This document shows, piece by piece, positions 56,464 through 64,000 of a stretch of DNA of 64,000 nt. The position numbers were made by a program, and so were the translations under genes. This stretch comes from Candidatus Omnitrophota bacterium (lineage in GTDB: Bacteria; Omnitrophota; Gorgyraeia; Zapsychrales; JANLHA01). The first letter of the stretch is position 1. Every line of letters begins with the position of its first letter. The notes below the pieces were generated by a model. The model searched no databases and was not told the DNA's origin. It worked only from the letters and a program-made list of their open reading frames with translations. The stretch is from positions 382,331-446,330 of the forward strand of contig JACKFJ010000002.1 in assembly GCA_020632535.1 (NCBI GenBank), given 5' to 3'.

Positions 56464-57366
56464 ATGAGTTTGTTGGTTTTAGGAACAGTCGCTTTGGATA
56501 ATGTAAAAACACCGCATGGTGAAAGACGCGACATGCTTGGCGGTTCGGCATCGCATTTGGCGATGAGCGCGCGACTTTTTACCGATGTGCATTTGGTTGC
56601 GGTCATTGGTAAAGATTTTCCACAAAAGCATATTCAGTTTTTAAAGCGCAAAGGTATTGATCTTTCGTCCCTTAAGATTGGCTCGGGAAAAAGCTTTCGT
56701 TGGGAAGGTGAATACAAAAAGGAAGACCTTAATGTCGCTTTGACATTAGCAACGGAACTTGGCGTTTTGATTGGTTTTGATCCCCATGTAGCACAGCATC
56801 AGCGAGGTATTCAGAATATTTTTTTAGCGAATATTGATCCCGACATTCAAATGGGACTTCTAAATATGATGAAAAAGCCTCAACTGATAGGTCTCGACAG
56901 TATGAATCTTTGGATTAATCATAAGAAGCCTTCTCTTTTGAATTTGATGAAGCGTGTTGACCTTTTTGTTGCTAATGATGGTGAGGCGCGTGCTTTGACC
57001 GGGGAATTAAATTTGGTGAAAGCCGCGAAAGCGTTGCGTCGTTTTGGACCCAAGCTTATCATTATTAAAAAAGGCGAGCATGGTGTTTTGTTTTATAGTG
57101 ATAAGATTAAATTTTCGTTTCCGGCTTATCCGATTGATGAAGTCAAAGACCCGACGGGTGCGGGCGATACATTCGCTGGTGGCGTTATGGGTTATTTGAC
57201 AAAAGCAGGTAAAATCAATGAAAAAACGTTAAAAGCTGCAGTTATTTACGGCACTACAATTGCGTCATTTAATGTTGAGGGTTTTGGTATGGAAAAAACA
57301 GCGATGTTGACCATGGCCAAAGTCGAAAAGCGCAAAAAGGAACTTTTGGATTTTATTACGTATTAA
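56464..57366 (+). CDS. PfkB-family carbohydrate kinase
   Basis: GG motif (MLGGSASH) and C-terminal DPTGAGDTFAGG. Start moved to ATG 56464, preceded by AAAGGAG. Confidence 0.85.
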   Translation: MSLLVLGTVALDNVKTPHGERRDMLGGSASHLAMSARLFTDVHLVAVIGKDFPQKHIQFLKRKGIDLSSLKIGSGKSFRWEGEYKKEDLNVALTLATELGVLIGFDPHVAQHQRGIQNIFLANIDPDIQMGLLNMMKKPQLIGLDSMNLWINHKKPSLLNLMKRVDLFVANDGEARALTGELNLVKAAKALRRFGPKLIIIKKGEHGVLFYSDKIKFSFPAYPIDEVKDPTGAGDTFAGGVMGYLTKAGKINEKTLKAAVIYGTTIASFNVEGFGMEKTAMLTMAKVEKRKKELLDFITY

Positions 57367-57367
57367 T

Positions 57368-57443
57368 CCCATTGCAAGGAGCGAAGCGACGCGGCAATCT
57401 ATGCGAGATTGCTTCGTCGTCCCTTCGGGACTTCTCGCAATGG
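57368..57443. repeat. Family A palindromic element, full length
   Basis: cccattgcaaggagcgaagcgacgcggcaatc - tatgcga - gattgcttcgtcgtcccttcgggacttctcgcaatgg. Fills the gap after the kinase stop. Confidence 0.8.
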
Positions 57444-57456
57444 TGGGAAAATTATC

Positions 57457-57735
57457 ATGCAAAATTTAACTGATACAATCGGTCTTATCGCGGCAATTGT
57501 ATTGCCTTTCTGGAACATCCCGCTTATTATTAAAATTATCAAGCGCAAATCTTCGGAGGATATTTCGTTGGCGTGGGTGATTGGCGTGTGGGTTTGCATT
57601 GTTTTAATGGCGCCGTCAGGATTTCGCTCGAGCGACATCGTTTGGCGAACATTCAACATCATTAATTTAATATTATTTGGCGCTGTGTTTGTTACGGTTC
57701 TCAAATATCGAAAAGGAAAGAGTCAAAATGGTTAA
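57457..57735 (+). CDS. SemiSWEET/PQ-loop-family small membrane protein (3 TM)
   Basis: 92 aa. IPLIIKIIKRKSSEDISL aligns with the PQ-loop consensus (PQxxKxxKxKSxxxxSL), with Q replaced by L. Confidence 0.6.
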   Translation: MQNLTDTIGLIAAIVLPFWNIPLIIKIIKRKSSEDISLAWVIGVWVCIVLMAPSGFRSSDIVWRTFNIINLILFGAVFVTVLKYRKGKSQNG

Positions 57736-58651
57736 AGAAGTAAAGAAGAAACATTGCGGCATGGCGTCAATCGTCGGGCGCCCCAATGTTGGGAAATCCA
57801 CATTGCTAAATAAAGTTCTCGGTGAAAAAGTTGCGATTGTTTCCAAAGTCCCGCAGACGACTCGTAATCAAATCCGGGGTGTTTATACCGATGAGCGGGG
57901 GCAAATTATTTTTGTCGATACACCGGGCGTGCATAAAGGCCGAGATCAATTAGACCGTTTTATGAATCAAAGCGCGTATGGTATTACGTCCGAAGCGGAT
58001 GTCATTATTCATTTGGTTGACGCCAATGATCGTGTTGGATTAGAAGAGGAAGAACTTGTTGAACGTCTGCATAGTCTAAAAGTACCGATTATTTTGGGTC
58101 TTAATAAAGTTGATATGAAAGGCAAAACGATTCCCGAATATATCACATTGTGGGAGCGCGTTACTGGTAAACCGATTCAGGAAAATCCTCATATGACGAT
58201 TTTGCCTTTATCGGGTAAGGATGGAACCAATGTCAGCAAATTGATTGATATTGTTTTTGACCTTTTACCTGAGGGAGACGCTCTTTATCCGGAAGACACG
58301 ATTTGTGATATCCCGCAAAAGATGGTCATTGCGGATACAATTCGTGAAAAATTGTATGGTCTTTTACAGCAAGAGTTGCCTCACTCGATTGCGGTTATTA
58401 TCGACGTGGTTGAGCCGCGTAAGGGGAAATTGCTTTACATTCAAGCCGTTATTATGGTGGAACGTGATTCACAGAAATCAATTGTCATCGGAAAAAATGG
58501 CGCTCTTTTGAAAAAAACCGGTACTTTGGCGCGTGTGGAATTGGAGCAACTTCTTGAAACAAAAGTTTTTCTGGAGCTTTTTGTCAAATCGCATAAAGAT
58601 TGGCGTGATAGTCCGAACCTTTTGCAGGAAATGGGCTATCAGTTTATGTAG
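57728..58651 (+). CDS. era: GTPase Era
   Basis: G1 GRPNVGKST, G3 DTPG, G4 NKVD, and a C-terminal KH domain (VIGKNGALLKKTG). Confidence 0.95.
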   Translation: MVKEVKKKHCGMASIVGRPNVGKSTLLNKVLGEKVAIVSKVPQTTRNQIRGVYTDERGQIIFVDTPGVHKGRDQLDRFMNQSAYGITSEADVIIHLVDANDRVGLEEEELVERLHSLKVPIILGLNKVDMKGKTIPEYITLWERVTGKPIQENPHMTILPLSGKDGTNVSKLIDIVFDLLPEGDALYPEDTICDIPQKMVIADTIREKLYGLLQQELPHSIAVIIDVVEPRKGKLLYIQAVIMVERDSQKSIVIGKNGALLKKTGTLARVELEQLLETKVFLELFVKSHKDWRDSPNLLQEMGYQFM

Positions 58652-58687
58652 GACAATTCCTTTTATATTTTCTTGGAATATGCTGAT

Positions 58688-59350
58688 ATGGCTGTTACAA
58701 ATAAAAACATTGATCAAGTGATTGCGATTTTGAAGGAAGCGATTAAGGATTTGCCTGATCCGTCGGTGACTCTTGTCGGCAAAAAGTGGAAAACACCCTT
58801 TCATGTTTTGATTTCGTGTCTTTTAAGTCTTCGCACCAATGATAAAACGACATTGCCCGCGTCAGAGCGATTGTTTGATTTGGCAGACAGTCCGGCGGCA
58901 ATGCTCAAATTGAGTCTGGAGAAAATTGAAAAAGCGATTTACCCTGTCGGGTTTTATAAAACCAAAGCGCGTAGCATCCACGGGATTTGTCGCGATATTT
59001 TAGAAAAATTTGATGGTCAAGTGCCGGACCAAATCGATACATTGATGACGATGAAAGGGGTTGGCCGCAAGACCGCGAACCTCGTGCTTACGGAAGGTTT
59101 TGGTAAGCCCGCGATTTGTGTGGATACGCATGTGCATCGAATTTCAAATCGTTTTGGATATGTAAAAACGAAGGATCCTCATGAAACAGAATGGGCATTG
59201 CGCGAGCAATTACCGAAAAAATATTGGATTGAATACAATATGCAGCTTGTTCTGTGGGGTCAAAATGTGTGTAAACCGATTTCGCCGTTATGCTCCATTT
59301 GCCCGCTGATCAAAATTTGTGCCCGTGTTGGCGTAACACATAATCGTTAG
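58688..59350 (+). CDS. nth: Endonuclease III (DNA-(apurinic or apyrimidinic site) lyase)
   Basis: HhH-GPD (MKGVGRKTANLV, VDTHVHR) and a 4Fe-4S cluster loop CKPISPLCSICPLIKIC. Confidence 0.9.
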   Translation: MAVTNKNIDQVIAILKEAIKDLPDPSVTLVGKKWKTPFHVLISCLLSLRTNDKTTLPASERLFDLADSPAAMLKLSLEKIEKAIYPVGFYKTKARSIHGICRDILEKFDGQVPDQIDTLMTMKGVGRKTANLVLTEGFGKPAICVDTHVHRISNRFGYVKTKDPHETEWALREQLPKKYWIEYNMQLVLWGQNVCKPISPLCSICPLIKICARVGVTHNR

Positions 59351-59366
59351 CGCACTTTATGAATTT

Positions 59367-60662
59367 ATGTTAAAACTTTTTCTTTTTTTATCAGAAATTC
59401 TCGATAATCCTGTCGTGGCCGCAAATGGCGATGTGATCGGAAAGCTGTTTGATGTTCCGATGAAGGTTAGTCCCGAGGAAATTTATCCGCGAAGTAAGGG
59501 GATTTTGATTTATCGTGGATTCTTTCGTCGAGAATACGCGTTTATCCGTATTGAGGATGTTAAGGAAATTGATGATATCCTGAAATTGAAAATCGATGCG
59601 GAAAAAGTCGCGTTTCTCAAATCTTGTCCGTCACAAGAATTTACTCTTCGTCACGATATTCTTGATCGTCAGGTCGTGGATACCGAAAATCGTAAAGTTG
59701 TTCGTGTTAATGATTGTCATCTTTTGCGTGTTGATAATAATGTTTATCTCGCGCATGTGGATGTGGGAATGCGAGCATTAATTCGTCGGTTAGAGTGGAC
59801 TCGATGTGTCGATTTTTTTATTAAAATGTTTTCCCCGCGTAATCCGTATCTGACTCAGGAAGAATTTATCCCGTGGAAAAATACGCAAGTTTTTACGGCT
59901 GGTCGTCAAAAAAATGTTTTGCGTATCGATGTGGCTTGGCAGAAGCTCGCGCATCTTCCGCCGACAGAATTAGCGGATATTATGCAGGATTTGGATATTT
60001 TTGGTAAACTCGCGCTTTTTAAATCATTGGACGTGAGTTTGCAGCGGACTGTTTTTGCCGATTTGGCAACACAGGAGAAACAGGATTTGGTCGATCATCT
60101 TGAGGATAAGGAAGCGGCGAATTTGATTGAAAATATTCCCGCGGACGAAGCTACCGACCTTTTGATGACGTTTCCAAAAGAAATGACTTTGCGTCTCATG
60201 CGTTACATGGAGACAAAGCAATCAAAGAAATTGCGTAAGCTTTTAGGTTTTGCTAAGGATTCCGCGGGTGGTTTGATGACAACCGAGTATTTGTATCTTA
60301 ATCAAAGTGCGAGTGTTGGGGACGCTTTACAACTTGTTAAGAATAACGTTACTTATCCTGGGAATATTCAACATATTTACATTGTTGATGATTTTCATCG
60401 TTTGGTGGGAATGACATCTTTTCGGCGATATATTCATCTTGCTCCGGAAGTTCCTATTATGGATACATGCTTTCCCCTCAAGGTTTTTGTTCGTACGTCA
60501 GATGGGATGGAAGAGATCGCGCTTTTGCTTGAAAAATACAAATTCACCTCAATCCCAGTCTTAAGCGATGATGATATTCTTCAGGGAGCGGTTACGACAG
60601 ATGACGTTATGGAAGCGCTGATCTCCATTGCTTGGACGAAATATAAGGAAAAATTAGCATAA
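59367..60662 (+). CDS. Soluble MgtE-like protein: PRC-barrel-like N-terminus + MgtE_N domain + CBS pair, no channel domain
   Basis: LPPTELADIMQDLD...EAANLIENIPADEATDLL (MgtE_N), then DSAGGLMTTEY and two CBS-like units. The ORF ends without any TM segment. Confidence 0.75.
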   Translation: MLKLFLFLSEILDNPVVAANGDVIGKLFDVPMKVSPEEIYPRSKGILIYRGFFRREYAFIRIEDVKEIDDILKLKIDAEKVAFLKSCPSQEFTLRHDILDRQVVDTENRKVVRVNDCHLLRVDNNVYLAHVDVGMRALIRRLEWTRCVDFFIKMFSPRNPYLTQEEFIPWKNTQVFTAGRQKNVLRIDVAWQKLAHLPPTELADIMQDLDIFGKLALFKSLDVSLQRTVFADLATQEKQDLVDHLEDKEAANLIENIPADEATDLLMTFPKEMTLRLMRYMETKQSKKLRKLLGFAKDSAGGLMTTEYLYLNQSASVGDALQLVKNNVTYPGNIQHIYIVDDFHRLVGMTSFRRYIHLAPEVPIMDTCFPLKVFVRTSDGMEEIALLLEKYKFTSIPVLSDDDILQGAVTTDDVMEALISIAWTKYKEKLA

Positions 60663-60844
60663 TTCTGGCTGTGATTTTCCGTCGGGAAATTAATCGGCTT
60701 TTGGGCGGGAAATTTTATTTTAATTATTGCTTTAGAAATAAATTTATGTTATTTAATAAACAGTACAATCGAATGAAAAGAATTTGATTTTAAACAAAAA
60801 TACCCTTGGTGGTTTTTTACGGAGAAAAATTCAAAAAATGTGAA

Positions 60845-60900
60845 AACACAAAAACGTTAAGGGACCTTATTAGCATTAGGGGTCCTTATTTTTTTGTGTT
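60845..60900. terminator. Hairpin flanked by an A-tract and a T-tract (possible bidirectional terminator) in a 260-nt intergenic region
   Basis: aacacaaaaa ... aaggGacc-loop-ggtcctt ... atttttttgtgtt. Confidence 0.45.
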
Positions 60901-60924
60901 GACTTTGGAATTCGCGAAATAAAA

Positions 60925-61956
60925 ATGAAAATAGGAATGACATATAATTTGAAGTCTGACTGGCAAACATCTGACGGAGATGTGGTCGATGGCAACGCTG
61001 AGTTTGATCGGCCGGAAACGATTGATGATCTTGCGCGAATTTTAGAATCGTTTGGGCATACTGTTGTAAAAATCGGTAATGTGCAAAAACTTCTCGCGCA
61101 GATTGATCGTTTAAACGTCGACATTGTTTTTAATATTCATGAAGGTGTTGGTGATCGTAATCGTGAATCGCAGGTTCCAATTATTCTAGATCTTTACAAA
61201 ATTCCTTTTACGGGTTCAGACGCTTTAACATTGGGTATCACTTTGGATAAAATGGTCGCCAAGCAATGTTTTATTGCCGATCAGATTCCGACGCCAAGAT
61301 ATTTTGTCGCTCGTAATGCCGATAATCTGGAAAAATTAAATACCATAGGTTTTCCGCTTATTGTGAAAACGATGTGGGAAGGAACTTCCAAGGGTTTGTC
61401 CGAAAAATCACGTGTTGAAGATCTTGCTGGACTTAAACGTCAGGTTAAACTCATAGTTGAACAATATAAACAGCCGGCTTTGGTTGAGGAATTTATCAGC
61501 GGGACAGAATTTACCGTTGGAGTTATTGGGAATGAAGATCCTAAGGCGAGTCCTGTTGTTCAAGTGAGTATTAATGGTAAAACCGATTTGGGCGATCATT
61601 TTTATACGTTTGCATTAACACAGGGTGATAATGTTCGTTATGTTTGTCCAGCGAAAATTTCGCCAGATTTGACAAAAAAAATTCAGGACATTGCGGTTGC
61701 GGCTTATCAAAGCGTAGGATGCCGGGATTATGGCCGTGTCGATTTTCGTGTTGACGCTAAAAATAATCCCTACGTTTTAGAAATCAATCCCTTACCTTCT
61801 TTAGATCGTAAAGATGTTTTTAATCTTTTTCCTCAGGTCATAGGGACGACCTTTGAGGATACCGTGAATCATATTTTTAACCTAGCCCTGAAACGTTACG
61901 GTTTAACAGACGGCAATTCACAGCCGGCGGCCGTTTCCCAGACGGGCCATAGGTGA
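60925..61956 (+). CDS. ATP-grasp ligase of the D-alanine--D-alanine ligase family
   Basis: Ddl-like N-domain (VFNIHEGVGDRNRESQVPIILDLYKIPFTGS) and an ATP-grasp core (FPLIVKTMWEGTSKG, ALVEEFISGTEFTVGVIG, GRVDFRVD...PYVLEINPLPS). Confidence 0.8.
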   Translation: MKIGMTYNLKSDWQTSDGDVVDGNAEFDRPETIDDLARILESFGHTVVKIGNVQKLLAQIDRLNVDIVFNIHEGVGDRNRESQVPIILDLYKIPFTGSDALTLGITLDKMVAKQCFIADQIPTPRYFVARNADNLEKLNTIGFPLIVKTMWEGTSKGLSEKSRVEDLAGLKRQVKLIVEQYKQPALVEEFISGTEFTVGVIGNEDPKASPVVQVSINGKTDLGDHFYTFALTQGDNVRYVCPAKISPDLTKKIQDIAVAAYQSVGCRDYGRVDFRVDAKNNPYVLEINPLPSLDRKDVFNLFPQVIGTTFEDTVNHIFNLALKRYGLTDGNSQPAAVSQTGHR

Positions 61957-61986
61957 TGCCTCAATAAGAGGCTTGGAGGGGTAACA

Positions 61987-63174
61987 ATGAACCCAGTCGA
62001 AATCGTTTCCAAAAATGTCCAATCCGGCGAGAAAATTGTCGCTAAACCACGTATTCCGCTGACCGAACGTGAGCAGGAAATTTTAGCTTTGTATAAAAAT
62101 GCCACCCCGACAGATTGGGAAGATTGGCGCTGGCAGATTCGTAATCGTATCCGCACCAAAGATGAAATTAGCAAAGTTTTGACTTTGACGCCGAAAGAAA
62201 TCAAAGGGATTGAAGGCAGCGGCACAAAATTAACGATGTCGATTCCGCCGTATTTTGCGAGTTTGATCGATGCGGCAGATTCACGTTGTCCGATTCGTTT
62301 GCAAAGCGTTCCGCTCGCCGATGAACTTAAAACAGCACCAGAAGAAATGCGCGATCCGTGCGGTGAGGATAAAAATTCTCCTGTGCACGGCTTAGTTCAT
62401 CGTTATCCGGATCGTGTTCTTTTTCTCGTCAATGAAATGTGCGCGATGTATTGCCGTTATTGCACACGGTCTCGTATGGTTGGTGATGGTAATCGAACTT
62501 TGAGCACGGCAACGTATGAAAAAGCATTTGAGTATATTCGCTCTAATAAAAAGATTCGCGACGTTCTGATTTCCGGCGGGGATCCTTTGACGATGGGCGA
62601 CAATATGCTTGAATTTATTATTAAAAATGTCAAAGCTATTCCACACGTCGAGTTTGTTCGTATTGGTACGCGCATTCCCGTAACTTTACCGCAGCGTGTT
62701 ACGCCGGAACTTGTTGCAATGCTCAAAAAATATAGTCCGATTTGGATGAGTATTCATTTTAATCACGCCTTGGAAATAACGGATCGAGTCAAATATGCGT
62801 GCAACATGATTGCTGATGCGGGTATTCCAATGGGTAGTCAGACTGTTCTTTTAAAAGGTGTCAATGACAGTCCGGTCACAATGAAAAAATTGATGCATGA
62901 ACTTTTAAAAATTCGCGTGCGTCCGTACTATATTTATCAATGTGATCCGATTATGGGTTCTAAACATTTTCGTACGCCGGTTTCTGTTGGGATGAATATT
63001 ATGGAACATTTGCGCGGGCATACAACTGGTTATGCGGTTCCGACATATGTGATCGACGCTCCCGGCGGTGGTGGAAAAATCCCAGCTAGCCCGGGTTATA
63101 TTGTTTCGCAGGAAAAAGGTAAAACCGTCCTGCGTAATTATGCGAATGAAAAATACACATACTATGATCCGTAG
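61987..63174 (+). CDS. kamA: Lysine 2,3-aminomutase (radical SAM, KamA family)
   Basis: WEDWRWQIRNRI N-terminal signature, CAMYCRYCTRS radical-SAM cluster, ISGGDPL, and C-terminal PTYVIDAPGGGGK. Confidence 0.9.
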   Translation: MNPVEIVSKNVQSGEKIVAKPRIPLTEREQEILALYKNATPTDWEDWRWQIRNRIRTKDEISKVLTLTPKEIKGIEGSGTKLTMSIPPYFASLIDAADSRCPIRLQSVPLADELKTAPEEMRDPCGEDKNSPVHGLVHRYPDRVLFLVNEMCAMYCRYCTRSRMVGDGNRTLSTATYEKAFEYIRSNKKIRDVLISGGDPLTMGDNMLEFIIKNVKAIPHVEFVRIGTRIPVTLPQRVTPELVAMLKKYSPIWMSIHFNHALEITDRVKYACNMIADAGIPMGSQTVLLKGVNDSPVTMKKLMHELLKIRVRPYYIYQCDPIMGSKHFRTPVSVGMNIMEHLRGHTTGYAVPTYVIDAPGGGGKIPASPGYIVSQEKGKTVLRNYANEKYTYYDP

Positions 63175-63260
63175 ATTTGGAGAAAACCCTTGATTTTAAA
63201 GGGGATAGAGAGTAATGTGAAATAGATTTTATGAGTTGTTTGTTTAACCGGGAGGGGAAA

Positions 63261-63647
63261 ATGAAAAAATTAAATGTGTGTTTATTGGCTGTCGCAATGA
63301 TTGCTGTTTTTGCGGCGCCGAGTTTTGCGATGTTACGCAAGGATCTTGCAAGTGCCAAAGGAACAGTTTCGTATGTGAACGCTAGTCGCACAGAAATTAC
63401 GATTAAAGATGGCGCTGGTAAGGAATCGACTTTTACGAGTGATGGGATCAGTGTTGATGTTACACCCGGGAGTCCGGTAGTTGTTTTATATACGATTGGT
63501 ACAAACAAGGCAAAAACGGTTCGTGTTATTCATCCCAAAAAAGCTGGTGCAAAGATGGAAGCTCCGGCGGCAACAACTTATACAGCTCCTAAAGCTACGA
63601 CTTCTGATTCTTACGGTATGCCAAAAGCCAAAAAAAGCAGTTGGTAA
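63261..63647 (+). CDS. Small secreted protein (about 128 aa), unknown function
   Basis: GGGAGGGG RBS and signal peptide MKKLNVCLLAVAMIAVFAAPSFA. Lys/Ala/Thr-rich tail. Confidence 0.55.
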   Translation: MKKLNVCLLAVAMIAVFAAPSFAMLRKDLASAKGTVSYVNASRTEITIKDGAGKESTFTSDGISVDVTPGSPVVVLYTIGTNKAKTVRVIHPKKAGAKMEAPAATTYTAPKATTSDSYGMPKAKKSSW

Positions 63648-63669
63648 ACTGATTCTAGTTCCAAGTTTT

Positions 63670-63698
63670 AAGGCCGCCATTGATTTTCTGGCGGCCTT
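63670..63698 (+). terminator. Rho-independent terminator
   Basis: 10-bp stem aaggccgcca / tggcggcctt with a 9-nt loop, followed by a T-rich tail. Confidence 0.6.
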
Positions 63699-63757
63699 TC
63701 TATTTGTATCGTTTGGATAATTGTGTTATCATGTCCGCGATTTCTTAAGGAGGCTTT

Positions 63758-64000
63758 ATGAAAAAAATAGAAGCGATTGTTCGAAAAGACAAGTTTGAAC
63801 ATGTTTGTCAAGTACTCGAAAGGTCGGGTATTGGCGGAATGACAATTACCGAGGCGAGAGGTTTTGGGCGTCATCGCAATGGTTTGCGTGAAAAAGTTAA
63901 GATTGAGATTTATGCGGATGAATTTCAGGTTGACAAAATAGTTGAAATGATTCGCTTAAATTCTAAAACCGGAACGACCGGTGATGGTAAGATTGCAGTA
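63758..64000 (+). CDS. P-II-family signal-transduction protein with shortened T-loop (3' end outside the window)
   Basis: Not in the ORF track because it is open-ended. AAGGAGG RBS. Translates to MKKIEAIVRKDKFEHVCQVLERSGIGGMTITEARGFGRHRNGLREKVKIEIYADE...TGTTGDGKIAV, the P-II fold pattern. Confidence 0.8.
   Translation, partial: MKKIEAIVRKDKFEHVCQVLERSGIGGMTITEARGFGRHRNGLREKVKIEIYADEFQVDKIVEMIRLNSKTGTTGDGKIAV

Noticed and set aside
63086-63508. 140-aa minus-strand ORF
   Set aside because: It overlaps the kamA 3' end and is antisense to the signal-peptide-bearing ORF 63261-63647, which has a strong RBS.

Overview
A 64 kb window of low-GC (by eye roughly 40%) bacterial chromosome, almost all coding and mostly on the + strand. 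All calls come from manual reading of the ORF track and hand-folding of RNAs. No homology search was run.

An Omp85-type barrel, a BamE-like lipoprotein and DsbA/PBP5-type periplasmic enzymes point to a diderm organism. The dispersed 'ccattgcgagga..gacgaagcaatc' palindromes resemble what I remember from uncultivated candidate-phylum bins; that is an inference only.

**Housekeeping content**
- pyrG (3' part), rpe, glmS, rsmI, trmB, mutM, era, nth, pabB/pabC and a divergent L27.
- A split pyrimidine operon: pyrR-pyrB-pyrC, then tRNA-Arg-mutM-methyltransferase, then pyrK-pyrD-pyrF. It has a sigma70-like promoter and a leader terminator.
- Six tRNAs: Leu-GAG, Glu-CTC, Arg-CCG, Val-TAC, Asp-GTC.

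**Accessory content**
- A FIST / histidine kinase / REC-GGDDF module.
- An ArsR / Cys-rich micro-ORF / permease cassette with paired palindromic operators.
- MFS, ClC and four GT-C-like polytopic membrane proteins, two of them with TPR tails.

**Most unusual items**
1. A 1,956-codon secreted protein built from a proline-punctuated 29-residue repeat. It contains a near-identical 261-bp x 4.5 tandem array.
2. An M1 metallopeptidase fused to an Omp85 beta-barrel.
3. A tightly packed operon: GT-C/TPR, Trbp111-like tRNA-binding protein, GT-C, YkgJ, stand-alone DUF2156 (an aminoacyl-tRNA transferase fold), PabB, PabC.
4. A lysine 2,3-aminomutase paired with a Ddl-like ATP-grasp ligase.
5. A REP/MITE-like palindromic repeat family at six intergenic sites, which corrupts start-codon calls.
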